Positions 9,251 through 19,600 are shown, counted from the first letter of the stretch. The stretch is 64,000 nt of DNA from an uncultured Calditrichaceae bacterium (GCA_964456445.1 CAYWBI010000004.1:4110-68109), one strand, 5' to 3'. Notes: generated from the letters alone by a model not told the origin. Program-made: numbers and translations.

Positions 9251-9526
9251 TTATTTTTGACCTGTTTTTTTTATGATATGAAAACCGAATTGCGTACGGA
9301 TCACCCGGGGAATAAGCCGGTTGGGGGCTTTGATCACAGCCTGTTCAAACTCTTTTACCATTTTTCCCGGTCCAAACCAACCTAAGTCACCGCCCTTGCC
9401 TTTACTGGGGCAAGTGGAAAATTCCTTTGCCAGCGCGGCAAAATTGCCGCCTTTTCGCAGACGCTTTAATATTTCATCCGCCAGCTTTTTATCTTTTACC
9501 AAGATATGGCTTGCCCGCCATTCCAT
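9251..9526 (-). CDS. ppiC: Parvulin-type peptidyl-prolyl cis-trans isomerase (PpiC-like, 91 aa)
   Basis: MEWRASHILVKDKKLADEILKRL...CPSKGKGGDLGWFGPGKMVKEF...QFGFHIIK aligns along its full length with single-domain parvulins. AGGAG lies 9 nt upstream of the ATG at 9526. The track's 45-aa N-terminal extension is unsupported. Confidence 0.8.
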   Translation of the reverse strand: MEWRASHILVKDKKLADEILKRLRKGGNFAALAKEFSTCPSKGKGGDLGWFGPGKMVKEFEQAVIKAPNRLIPRVIRTQFGFHIIKKTGQK

Positions 9527-10095
9527 ATCACATTCTCCTGTTATTATTGTTGTCATATATGCCCACGCGCCATCCCAAACGGAGTGAAAATCCATCCATG
9601 CTTGTTCCGCGCGTTTTTTTAAACATCCGCAGGTATAGAATACCGACACGTCACCCGGCATATTTCAAAAGTCCTTCTGTAATTTATTCTTTTCTTTAAA
9701 CACCATTTCACTAGTTGGAACAGCACATCCAGCCGATCGATCGTATTTGATCCAAACGCTATAAATGAATTCAAAAGAACGGACAGAACTTACATCCGAA
9801 ACAGAAATATAAAAAATTTCCCGACGCGCTTCACTTAAAACTGTGTACCACATTTATTTAATCTATCATATCTGTCCTAAATAAAAACCGATAAACCGGT
9901 TTTCATTGTATTTCTATTACTCATGATTAAAGATGACGTGTAAAAATGTGGAATCAAGTTTAAAATGTCATTCGCCATTTGATTGAGATTCCCAAAAAAA
10001 CAATAGGTTATGGATTCATCCCGATGCCTCGGTACGAAGGAATGAAGGTGTGCCCTAATTATCTCCGGGTATGCAAGGGGGGGGTGGTCTGCGTC

Positions 10096-10398
10096 ATTCC
10101 GGGCTTGCCCCGGAATCCAAGCCAGGGATGGCGCCTTATCGTTTGGAACCTTGGTTGGGCACGGATATCGGTTTTATTTCATGCTTTATCGTTTAGATTT
10201 CTGCCTCTGCAGGAATGACAAGATTGTGAATTCTCATTAAGATTCCCCCTGAATCCTCGGGGAGCGGGAATGACTGTTGACAAGGTATTTTCACACAGTC
10301 TCTAAAATCATGGGGTAAGCAAGACCCACCTAACCCACGAATTCATTCGTGGGAAACAGGCATAGAATACGAGTAATCGAATCCGATTTATCGGATTC
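10096..10398. repeat. Cluster of hairpin modules in a 1.24-kb ORF-poor divergent spacer
   Basis: Hairpins present: attccggg-cttgc-cccggaat (10096-10116); attccc...gggaat enclosing an inner GC hairpin (10242-10271); cccacgaat-tc-attcgtggg (10334-10353); gaatccgat-tt-atcggattc (10379-10398). Confidence 0.65.
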
Positions 10399-10713
10399 TA
10401 TATTTTAAAGGCGATTATTAAAAACAAAAGATGGATTGTTTTTGAAATCAGGATAAAATCCAGCCCAAACGTTGATATATCAATACAGAAAGTGCACTCA
10501 AAAATTATTTAGGACAGCTGTGTTAATCTATAATACATTTCTGTTTTAGGGGACACAAAGCGCAAAACTCATCCATCCATGCCCTCCTGTTTCAAAAATC
10601 TGGGGAAAATACGTCTCGCGCATATTTTGCCCAATTCATGTTTTTTCAACCCTATTTTGCGCTACGCAGGCAAAAGGCCATGAATATAACCCCATATTAC
10701 GGGCTTTTGTTTT

Positions 10714-10729
10714 TGGCATCATTATTGAT
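10714..10729 (+). promoter_or_regulatory. Weak candidate sigma-54 (-24/-12) promoter
   Basis: TGGCATCATTATTGAT has GG-N10 spacing and a TTG at -12, but GA replaces the consensus GC. It lies 39 nt upstream of the ATG at 10768. Two sigma-54 activators are encoded in this window. Confidence 0.2.
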
Positions 10730-10767
10730 TTAAGTAAATCAAACATTCACTAACAAAAGGAGGTCCC

Positions 10768-12774
10768 ATGAGGAACTCGAGACTTTTTTTATCGGTTATA
10801 TTTTTTACATTGTGTGGATTGGCTGTTGGATTTGCCGATGGGCCACATAACAACGAATTCAAAACCGAGGGTAACATTGAATCCATTGGCCCGGACAGTC
10901 TGATGGTAAACAATTTCGTTTTTGATGTCGATTCCACTACATCGGTATCGGCGGAAAACGATTCATCTTTTTTATATGCAGACCTTAAGCCCGCTGATTA
11001 TGTAAAGGTTGAAGGTTACGCAAAGAATGATTCTTCGGGAGGCTATTTTGCAACCAAAATAGAACTCCGGGAAAAAGGGCATCACGACATGCATGAGATC
11101 AAAACACGAGGTCTTATCTCCGCTATTTATGACTCATCATTCGATGTAAATGGTTATACTTTTTGGGTGGACAATAATACCGTCTTTAAGGGTCATGACG
11201 ATTCCCTGCTTGCATTTGCCGATTTTGCCGTGGACATGAACGTTGAAGTGGAAGCGTACAAGGACAGTCTTGGAAACTATGTGGCAAAAAAGGTAAAACT
11301 CGATGATGGTTCCGATCAGAATGATCATGAAGAGTTTGATTTTAGCGGTGTTGTTGACAGTCTTGCCGCTGATGGCTTTGCTATGAGCCAGCGGTTCTTT
11401 TTTGTTGACAGCCTTACCAAATTCAAAATATCCCACGATCAATCTGCCAGCTTTAGTGATCTGACTGTTGGTTCCGAAATCGAATTAGAAGCATTGCAGC
11501 TAAGCGATGGTAGCTTTTACGCAAAAAAAGTTGAATTAAGGGATCAGAGCCAGGCCTATCTTGAATTAACAGGGGCCATCGATTCTGTTGGGTTTGATTT
11601 TATCGTAGTATTGGATTATATGGTGAAAGTCGATAGTACAACACGCATCAGTGGACGCAACAAGACACCGCTTACTTTGGCGGATTTACAAAAAGGCCAA
11701 CGCGTGAAGGTTCGCGGGGTTGAGACAAGTCCCAATGTTGTGGCTGCTAATCGTATAAAGGTTTACGAATTTCATAGCAATAAAGATCATTTCAAAGGCA
11801 CCGTCGTTGCCATAGGTGCTGACTATCTGCAGGTTGATCAGCGTACTTTCTTTGTTGACTCTCTTACTCAATATAGGGACAGTTTGGGGCAGCGCAGCTC
11901 TCTGGCCGCTTTCTCGGTTGGCGACTATGTAAAAGTAGAAGCACGCTCCAATGCAGACGGTTCCTGGTATGCACGTGAAGTTAAGCAAAAAGAACAACAT
12001 CGCTCAGAAGTTGAATTCAGTGGAACAATTGATAGTTTGTTTATTGATGGAATCCGCGTGGCCGGCAATATTTTCTGGTTAGACAGCCTGACACAGGTTT
12101 ATGACCTTCAGGATTACCCTATGTCGGCGGACAGTCTTGGAATGGGCGATGTAGTTGAAGTAACCGCCCAGGTACTTGCCGATGGAAGTTTCCGCGCTTT
12201 GCGTATTAAACAAGAAAGCCGTCCGGATTTGATTACCGTTGATGGCGTAGTTGACGCTGTTAGCTCAAATTCGGTGTGGATAAGTGGACCGGAATTCCAA
12301 TTGTCCCAACGTTCAGTGGTATTGGATCAAAATTATGCGCCTACCGCCAACAGTAACCTTCAGCCGGGTGATGCGGTAACCTTATGGGCCGTTCCGGGCA
12401 ATTCCGCAACGCCGATCGTTATACAAATAAAACTGAACACAACCAGTGTTACAGGTCTGGCGCGGGGCGAGCTGAGAACGGGGATTGTAAGGGATTTTGT
12501 ATTGAATCAAAACTATCCCAACCCTTTCAACCCGTCAACGACAATCGCCTTTAAGATCAATCTAAATGGATATCATAAGGTGCGCCTGAGCATCTATGAC
12601 GCCACCGGACGGTTGATCAACACATTATATGATGGCCTGCTTGAACGTGGCGCATATAACTTTGTATGGGGCGCCCGTAATAACTTTGGCCAGGACGTGG
12701 CAAGCGGTCTTTATTTTTACCGTCTCAGTGTAGGGACACAGGCAAAGACAGCACGGATGCTTTTACTCCGTTAA
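10768..12774 (+). CDS. Secreted repeat protein (seven DUF5666-like ~75-aa repeats) with a T9SS type-A C-terminal sorting domain
   Basis: SD AAGGAGG at 10757-10763 and a signal peptide. There are seven repeats of the F-x-VD-S-x-T ... GD-x-V-x-VE ... DGS-x-x-A-x-x-V pattern (aa ~31-555). The C-terminus reads NYPNPFNPSTTIAFKI...GLYFYRL. Confidence 0.75.
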   Translation: MRNSRLFLSVIFFTLCGLAVGFADGPHNNEFKTEGNIESIGPDSLMVNNFVFDVDSTTSVSAENDSSFLYADLKPADYVKVEGYAKNDSSGGYFATKIELREKGHHDMHEIKTRGLISAIYDSSFDVNGYTFWVDNNTVFKGHDDSLLAFADFAVDMNVEVEAYKDSLGNYVAKKVKLDDGSDQNDHEEFDFSGVVDSLAADGFAMSQRFFFVDSLTKFKISHDQSASFSDLTVGSEIELEALQLSDGSFYAKKVELRDQSQAYLELTGAIDSVGFDFIVVLDYMVKVDSTTRISGRNKTPLTLADLQKGQRVKVRGVETSPNVVAANRIKVYEFHSNKDHFKGTVVAIGADYLQVDQRTFFVDSLTQYRDSLGQRSSLAAFSVGDYVKVEARSNADGSWYAREVKQKEQHRSEVEFSGTIDSLFIDGIRVAGNIFWLDSLTQVYDLQDYPMSADSLGMGDVVEVTAQVLADGSFRALRIKQESRPDLITVDGVVDAVSSNSVWISGPEFQLSQRSVVLDQNYAPTANSNLQPGDAVTLWAVPGNSATPIVIQIKLNTTSVTGLARGELRTGIVRDFVLNQNYPNPFNPSTTIAFKINLNGYHKVRLSIYDATGRLINTLYDGLLERGAYNFVWGARNNFGQDVASGLYFYRLSVGTQAKTARMLLLR

Positions 12775-12786
12775 CCACCAACCTCC

Positions 12787-12832
12787 AGGATTCCCGCTTC
12801 AATACCCATCTATTCCCAGATTCGGGAATCCT
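12787..12832. repeat. 10-bp inverted repeat (aggattcccg / cgggaatcct) with a 26-nt loop
   Basis: Arms at 12787-12796 and 12823-12832, read directly. It sits between the stop codon of the upstream gene and its terminator. It shares the ggaatcc/ggattcc word with modules at 10096-10271. Confidence 0.5.
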
Positions 12833-12838
12833 TTCTCC

Positions 12839-12867
12839 AAAGCCCGGCACTCCCCCGGGCTTTTTTT
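12839..12867 (+). terminator. Rho-independent terminator
   Basis: aaagcccgg (12839-12847) pairs with ccgggcttt (12855-12863) across a 7-nt loop, followed by a T7 tract (12861-12867). It lies 65 nt after the stop at 12774. Confidence 0.65.
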
Positions 12868-13059
12868 ATTTTACGGCAATACACCTGCAAGATGTAAACC
12901 GCGCCTATACCCGGTAATCTTAAAAGATATTTTGAGCCGTTCTAACGTTAAAACGAGCTCGAACCAGAACCGTGGATATTCCCATCAGTAAAAAAAACAA
13001 CCCAGAGGACAAAAAAAAAAGGATAATAAAAATATTATAATTTTCATCATCCTTTGATA

Positions 13060-13148
13060 TGGTACCGAGGGCCGGACTCGAACCGGCATGGAGTTTAAGC
13101 TCCGAGGGATTTTAAGTCCCTTGTGTCTACCAATTTCACCACCTCGGC
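13060..13148 (-). tRNA. tRNA-Leu (anticodon UAA), long variable arm, CCA encoded
   Basis: The reverse complement folds by hand. Acceptor GCCGAGG/CCTCGGT (G1-U72). Anticodon arm AGGGA-CTTAAAA-TCCCT. T-arm GCCGG-TTCGAGT-CCGGC. A long extra arm is present and the 3' ACCA is in the genome. Confidence 0.9.
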
Positions 13149-13178
13149 ACGAACAACATTGGTATCTTTAAAATCTCG

Positions 13179-13251
13179 AGGCGACGGTCGGATTCGAACC
13201 GACGCATAAAGGTTTTGCAGACCTCTCCCTTAACCACTTGGGTACGTCGCC
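13179..13251 (-). tRNA. tRNA-Cys (anticodon GCA), CCA not encoded
   Basis: The reverse complement is GGCGACGTA-CCCAAGTGGTTAAGGG-A-GAGGT-CTGCAAA-ACCTT-TATG-CGTCGGTTCGAATCCGACG-TCGCCT. The cloverleaf is verified by hand. Confidence 0.9.
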
Positions 13252-13385
13252 ATAAATAATATTCTTTTTTTACTACGCCGGGTAACGCCCACTTTTTAAC
13301 AGAAATGACTATTGTGATAAATCAGAGCGGGTAAGAAATGTGCCTGAAAAAGGGCCATCGACTTTGGCGTTTGTAAAATAAAAAA

Positions 13386-13460
13386 GAGCGAGAGACGGGA
13401 TTCGAACCCGCGACCCCAACCTTGGCAAGGTTGTGCTCTAGCCAGCTGAGCTACTCTCGC
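13386..13460 (-). tRNA. tRNA-Gly (anticodon GCC), CCA not encoded
   Basis: The reverse complement is GCGAGAG-TA-GCTCAGCTGGCTAGAGC-A-CAACC-TTGCCAA-GGTTG-GGGTC-GCGGGTTCGAATCCCGT-CTCTCGC-T. The track ORF 13296..13547 overlapping it is spurious. Confidence 0.9.
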
Positions 13461-13597
13461 TAATCCAGCGCTTATTTCAGCGTTGTGAGCAAAGAATATA
13501 CGGACGGTTTTTATTTCTGTCAAACAAATTTTTATGGAATTTTCCATTTATTTATTTGTATAAAACCATGCCATTTCTTCAATGAACAAGAAAACAG

Positions 13598-13955
13598 TGG
13601 AGACGCCGGGAGTTGAACCCGGGTCCGGACAAGGACCAAAATGAACATCTACAACCATAGTCAATGTTTAAATCTTACTTTAACACAGGTACGTTAACAA
13701 AACCACGCGCTAAAGCCAGCCCACTAAATATGTCCTTAAGCCCGCAGGCGCTGCTTAAGTCCAATCTGCCCAAAGTTGGCGTTACAAATCTCCCCGGCAA
13801 ATTAGAGGGAAATGTAACGTAACAGTCATATTACTATGCTGCTAATGCGTAATTATTTTCGGCACTTATGTGCTTTCCGATTAATCACGGGATAACCGGA
13901 ATCCCGGGTTGCCGTTCAAATCCTTCACTTGTCCGTCGAATCCAAGATCGTCCCC
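13598..13955 (-). ncRNA. ssrA: tmRNA (SsrA), tag peptide AENNYALAA
   Basis: The reverse complement starts GGGGACGATCTTGGATTCGACGG. It ends with the tRNA-like CCGGGTTCAACTCCCGGCGTCTCCA. The internal reading frame gcc gaa aat aat tac gca tta gca gca tag taa spans 13863-13831. Confidence 0.9.
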
Positions 13956-13984
13956 AAATGGTGTGGCAATTTATAAATGTATGG

Positions 13985-15445
13985 TCACTTTCGCAAGACC
14001 AATTCCTGATATAAACTAACATACGAACGAATTTGTTTCTCCCAGGAAAAATCTTTCCACATACCGGCCTTGATGATCTTGCTCCATGTCTTATGATGCC
14101 CGAAAGTGGAAAGCGCATAACCCAGCGCCCATTCCAATCCCGCCGGGCTATAATCTTCAAAAACAAAACCATCGCCGCTTTGTCGCTCCCAATTATATAA
14201 ATCAACAGAATCCGCCAGACCACCTGTTTTACGCACGACGGGAACGGTGCCGTATTTAAGACTATAGAGCTGATTTAAACCGCATGGTTCATATTTAGAT
14301 GGCATCAAAAAGATATCGGCGCCCGCTTCAATTTTATGTGATAAGGCATGGTTGTACCCATGTACAAAGACCACCTTTTGCGGGTGCCGGGTTTGCAAAC
14401 CTAAGAAATAATGTTCATATCTTTCAAAACCACTGCCCAGCACCACCAAACGAAAGGTGCGTTCTATAAGTAATTTATCCATCACCGCTTCGATCAGATC
14501 AATCCCCTTTTGAAAGACCAGCCGCGAGACGATCCCTACCAGTGGGACTTTTTTATGATAGGGCAATTTTAGCTCATCACATAAATCCTTTTTATTCTGT
14601 TGTTTATCCGATAGCTTTTTTTGGGTATAATTCTTTTTTATATAACGATCGGTTGCGGGGTTCCACTCATCATAATCGATGCCGTTCATAATGCCCACCA
14701 GATTTGCACTGCGATAGGCCAGCATGTTCTGCAGACCTGCCCCGTATTCGGGCGTTTGGATCTCACGGGCATAGGTTTCACTAACCGTGGTTATTTTGTC
14801 TGCATGGATTATCCCGCATTTTAAAAAATTGAAACGCCCGTCCCGTGTGTCATAGTCATCTAAAAGGGCCGTATGGCCACCAAGTCCAAGCCGGTTGGCC
14901 TCGTCCATGCCAAACACTCCCTGATAGCCTATGTTATGAATGGTCATGATTGTTTTGGTCGCGGCAAATAAACTGTCCCAGGCATATATGCTTTTCAGAT
15001 AAAGCGGGATAAGCGCCGATTGCCAATCGCTGCAATGCAGGATATCCGGTGCCCAGGCCATACGTTGAAATATTTCCAATGCGGCCCGGTTTAGCAGCCC
15101 AAAACGCAGGTACTCATCGCTGTCATCCGTGTAGATCCCGGATCGGTGGTACAGATGCGGGCAATTGATGAAAAAGATATCCGTTTGTGTACCGGGCAAT
15201 TTGGCGGTATAAACCGAATAGCTGATTTTCAACCCGTTAAAATCTACTTCCAACCCCTGTAAAAAATCTACCGCATAAAAATCCGTTTGATCCAGGTTTA
15301 TCTGGCTGTACATGGGGGTGATGACCCGAACGTCCAATCCATGGGCAGGAAGGTACTTTGCCAGGGCAGCGCTTACATCGCCCAAACCGCCGACCTTTGA
15401 AAAGGGAAATATTTCCGATGTTACCAATCCAATACGCATATCCAC
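13985..15445 (-). CDS. glgA: Glycogen synthase (ADP-glucose type, GT5)
   Basis: N-terminal IGLVTSEIFPFSKVGGLGDV (KVGGL motif). About 480 aa with GT-B layout, including PSKYEPCGLNQLYSLKYGT. Confidence 0.9.
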   Translation of the reverse strand: MDMRIGLVTSEIFPFSKVGGLGDVSAALAKYLPAHGLDVRVITPMYSQINLDQTDFYAVDFLQGLEVDFNGLKISYSVYTAKLPGTQTDIFFINCPHLYHRSGIYTDDSDEYLRFGLLNRAALEIFQRMAWAPDILHCSDWQSALIPLYLKSIYAWDSLFAATKTIMTIHNIGYQGVFGMDEANRLGLGGHTALLDDYDTRDGRFNFLKCGIIHADKITTVSETYAREIQTPEYGAGLQNMLAYRSANLVGIMNGIDYDEWNPATDRYIKKNYTQKKLSDKQQNKKDLCDELKLPYHKKVPLVGIVSRLVFQKGIDLIEAVMDKLLIERTFRLVVLGSGFERYEHYFLGLQTRHPQKVVFVHGYNHALSHKIEAGADIFLMPSKYEPCGLNQLYSLKYGTVPVVRKTGGLADSVDLYNWERQSGDGFVFEDYSPAGLEWALGYALSTFGHHKTWSKIIKAGMWKDFSWEKQIRSYVSLYQELVLRK

Positions 15446-15447
15446 CT

Positions 15448-16008
15448 CTATTCAAAAACCAACAAAAAAAGGACCGGCAACAATACGCCTAATAAAACGA
15501 GAACCGTTCCACGTTCGCGCATTCCGTTCTTCCCTTTCAATAAAAACATCCCGCTGACCGCCAGGAAAACAAGGCTGACGGCAAATAAATCGGAAATGTA
15601 TGTCCAGCCTTTTTTAGGCTCGTTCAGATGCAAACGGTTAAAGACCCGTATAAAAGGACGGTCATTAACAATTTCCCACGCAACTTCCCCCGTTTCCATA
15701 TTGACGTCCATCCTGTTTTTGTCCCAAAATGCACGGATCACCGTTGGGGAAACATGTACAATGGCGGATAGGCCGGACTCAATCTTTAGTTCCCTGAATA
15801 CGTGTTCCATGACCTTTCTATCGGACAGACCAGGCACGATCTTAACCTGGGACGTATGGTGGGCAATTTCATAGTTTGGGTTCCAGTGCCGGATATGGTT
15901 TACGGCAATGCCGGATACTGAAAAGATGATGGTCAGACCGACGGCAAGATACCCGATATCCCGGTGCAAAACATGTAATAAGCGGCGTACTTTCAGGAAA
16001 CACTCCAT
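15448..16008 (-). CDS. PepSY-associated TM-helix membrane protein
   Basis: N-terminal LHVLHRDIGYLAVGLTIIFSVSGIAVNH, a soluble middle region and a second TM helix near the C-terminus. It ends 2 nt before the glgA start. Confidence 0.55.
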   Translation of the reverse strand: MECFLKVRRLLHVLHRDIGYLAVGLTIIFSVSGIAVNHIRHWNPNYEIAHHTSQVKIVPGLSDRKVMEHVFRELKIESGLSAIVHVSPTVIRAFWDKNRMDVNMETGEVAWEIVNDRPFIRVFNRLHLNEPKKGWTYISDLFAVSLVFLAVSGMFLLKGKNGMRERGTVLVLLGVLLPVLFLLVFE

Positions 16009-16068
16009 GATAAATTAAAAAAGCCGCCAAGAAGACATGCTTAGCGGCCGCTGCAGTTAATTGCTCAT

Positions 16069-16533
16069 CTACATTTCTATTTCGGCGCCAAGGGCATGCA
16101 AACGATAGATGACCCTGGGTTGTGTAACCTTTGCGGGATCAAATTTTTTGCCCTTAATCTCGCATTGTTCTTTTTGTTGTACCCGGGTTTCTTCCAGTGT
16201 AAATTCCACTTTTTCCATAACACCCTGCACCCTGGCAACTTTTCCACTTGCCTCAAGCGGGAAAACGATTTCACCGTCCTTCACTTTTATAAGCAAAGAT
16301 CCATAACCGGAATCGGCGGCAATCTTCATCCAGCAGCCTCTTTTTTTACAGACATCGATCACCCGGCCTTTTACCAAAACCGTTTTTCCAAGAAAGGCTT
16401 CCGGCTTGTTAAGTATATCCGTGATGGCCACCGTTTTTTCCAGCGAGATTGCTTCGCCAAGCTTTTTGGGGGCGTTTGCAAAAGATGCCCCAAGCAATAA
16501 TAATACAGCCAATATAATTCTGTACGATTTCAT
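16069..16533 (-). CDS. DUF4920-like periplasmic protein
   Basis: Signal peptide followed by ...FLGKTVLVKGRVIDVCKKRGCWMKIA...IKVKDGEIVFP..., a pattern I recognise from the DUF4920 family. Confidence 0.55.
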   Translation of the reverse strand: MKSYRIILAVLLLLGASFANAPKKLGEAISLEKTVAITDILNKPEAFLGKTVLVKGRVIDVCKKRGCWMKIAADSGYGSLLIKVKDGEIVFPLEASGKVARVQGVMEKVEFTLEETRVQQKEQCEIKGKKFDPAKVTQPRVIYRLHALGAEIEM

Positions 16534-16613
16534 TCTATCTCCCTTTGTTAGATTTTAAGCGAACTTAAAATTAAGAAACTAAATTTAGATTTGCAAAACG
16601 GATTGCTCATTTT

Positions 16614-19600
16614 CTATTCCACTTTTTTCACGTTTTGCATTATGGTATCATATTGTTTACGGTATAAACCAAATACCTTTTTTTGGCCCGCGGTCGGCGC
16701 GGCATCGGCGCCCTGAACGGTTTGTAACAAAGTGCTCAACGAAGCGGCCAGGGATTTCAGACTGGGCTTCCCGCTTAACAAGATTTTTTTCAAAGCGGTT
16801 TTTTCATCCATCCCGGATACCTTGTCCAAACGCATTTTAAGATGATGATAGGCATCCACAACACTGTTGAGCATTGTGCTGATTTCCGCAACCATCGTCT
16901 GTTGTGCCTGCAACGACCCTATCCCAACTGTTGAGCGTGGGTCCATTTTAACTGTAAATATCTGCCGCATGGTTTTTTTGCCCGCTTCTAATTCCACGCT
17001 GTAGTCTCCCGGCAAAACAAGGGCCCCCTGCGGACCTATCGGCGTTCCATCATGCCATACGGCGGTCATTTTAAAACCATAGTTTAAAGACCGTGCACGC
17101 GGGTGACGTAAATCCCATACAAAGCGGTGCATGCCCGCTTTGGCCGAGAGTATTTTCTCCGGGGCTATCCAGCCATCCTGAAAATATTGGTTGGCCGTCA
17201 GTTTTTGCGGTTTGTCGGCGCTCGAAAAACGGCGGATCAATTTGCCCTGAGCATCTTTAATTGTCAGGGTTACCGCTTCCGGATTGTCATCTTGAAGCCA
17301 GTAATCGATAACGGCGCCGGCCGGCGGATTTTGTCCAAGTGGCGTTTCCGGTGGCGGTGGGGTATCGTGATTATTGGATTTTCGGAGTCTCCAGGTGGCG
17401 GAGGGTTTAAAAAGATGAGCCGTTTGCAACTTTACGCCTTCCGCTATTTGCCGTAACGGCGCCAGAATATCCAACGCCCAAATTCCCCTGCCCTGCGTCC
17501 CTGCGATCAGATCCGTGCCATGAACCTGCATATCACGGATGAAGGTGGTGGGCAAATTCAGTTGAAGTGATTGCCAGTTGCCGCCATCATCAAAAGATAC
17601 AAAAGCGCCACGGTTGGTCCCTGCAAAAAGCAATCCGGCTTGCTTTGTGTCCGCGCGAACGGTGAGTACAAACTGATCAGCGGGCAAACCGTTGCTGATG
17701 GAAGTCCAATGGGCGCCGCCATCGTTTGTTTTTATGATCAGCGGACGATAATCACCGGTGCGGTGGGCGTCCACGGCGGCGTAGGCCACATTTTGATCAA
17801 ATACTGACGGGGAGATGGCATTGATCCGGCCCCAGGGCTTAACGACTGCCGGCGTCACATTACGCCATGATTTACCTGCGTCCGATGTACGATGGATCAG
17901 ACCGTCGTCTGTGCCTATCCAAATCATTTTCTCATCAATTGGAGATGGTGCAATGGTAAATATAACACCGTATCCGCAATCGCGGGCGTCTTTTTGGGAT
18001 GGATTGCCCACACAAGGCGGGGCGCCTGGTTTTTTAGCGCTCAGATCGGGACTGATTATTTGCCAGTTGTCACCATCATCATCGGAGCGGAAGAGTTGCT
18101 GTGCGCCAAAATAAAGGGATCTTTTTCCTACGGGCGAATAAGCGATCGGTGTGATCCAGGTATATCGGTTTTTCACACGGTCAAGCCGGGCGCCGTAACT
18201 GGAAATGGGCCAGGGTGAAACATTTACCACTTCCCTTGTAATTTGGTTCGATCGGGATATATACCCGCCCAGCCCGCTGCCCAACACAATATTTGGATTG
18301 CCGGGCTTTGGCAATTGATAGTCGCGCTCATGCCCGCCCACGGGCCGCCAATCGCGCTCTTCAATAACGCCATAAGGCCCGCGGCTTTTGATTTGAACCG
18401 TGCCGTTATCCTGTTGGCCACTGTAAATTTTATAGGGGAACTGGTCATCGGCAGCCACATGATAAAATTGCCCCGTAGGCTGATTGTACCAGCTCGACCA
18501 TGTCAAACCACCATCAACGGATACAGCCGTGCCCTGATCGGCGGCGGATATCAGATGGTCCGGGTATTTGGGGTTGATCCACATAAAATGATAATCGTCC
18601 CCGCCGGGGGAGCCTTTAATGATGCTAAAGGTGTGGCCGCCATCATCACTCATATGGATGGAGCGGGCCATCACATATACTTTTTTCGGGTTATCCGGGG
18701 CGATGGTTACCCGGCAAAAATAATCACTGCTCAATTCGGGGTCGGTGTTCAACAATTTCCAGCTTTCGCCACCGTCCTCGCTGCGATAGAAACCGGCGCC
18801 TTTGCTGGCCGCAACGGTGGCATACACCACTTGACCATTGGAACCGGCCGGTGTTGCCAACCCAATACGTCCCAGATTTCCGGCCGGTAGGCCTCTGCCT
18901 TTAAGCCTCTGCCAACTCAAACCACCATCGCGGCTTTTATAAATAGCAGAACCCGGTCCTTCCTGTGGTTGGAAATAGTCCAGCCAGGGATGTTGACGGA
19001 ACTGCCAGGCAGCGGCGTAAACAATTTGTGTGTTATCGGCGTCCCAGGCCATATCCACAACACCCGTTGCGTCATCAATTTTTAAAACCTGTTTCCATTT
19101 TTTACCGCCGTCGGTCGTCAGATATACACCGCGTTCGGGATTTGGTGCAAAGGCCGCGCCCATGGCGCCGACCAGTACACGTTGGGCATTCTTCGGATCA
19201 ACCAATATCCCGCCTATGTGACGTGTTTTTTTCAAACCCATATTTTGCCAACTTTTCCCGCCATCGGCGCTGCGGTACACTCCATCGCCGGAGGCGATAT
19301 CATAACGCATGGTCACCTGACCTGTCCCGGCATAAATAATATCCGGGTTGGACGGAGCAACCGCCAATGCGCCGATGGAAGCCGATGCCTCCTGTTGCAT
19401 CAACGGTTGCCAGGTTTGCCCGGCATTTACTGTTTTCCACACCCCGCCATTGGCCGCGCCAAAATAAAAGGTGTTGGGTTTATCGGTAATCCCGCTGGCG
19501 GAGGTTGACCATCCCGCACGTAACGGACCCACCAGACGCCAACGCATGGCGGGCAGGGGTTCTTCTGCCCAGGCAAAGGCGCTAAGCAGCAGGAGCACAG

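Noticed and set aside
9665-9853. A 62-aa minus-strand ORF upstream of ppiC, considered as a possible small gene or toxin.
   Set aside because: It has no recognisable family motif and no convincing SD, and it lies in the long spacer. I cannot support it from sequence alone.
13296-14223. Track ORFs 13296..13547 (83 aa) and 13885..14223 (112 aa).
   Set aside because: The first overlaps tRNA-Gly(GCC). The second overlaps the 5' end of the tmRNA and the 3' end of glgA. The RNA genes and glgA explain the sequence.
18243-18890. A 215-aa plus-strand ORF, with several 100-aa neighbours, inside the BNR-repeat gene.
   Set aside because: They are antisense to a gene with at least 11 Asp-box repeats and contain no recognisable motif. 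I treat them as spurious.
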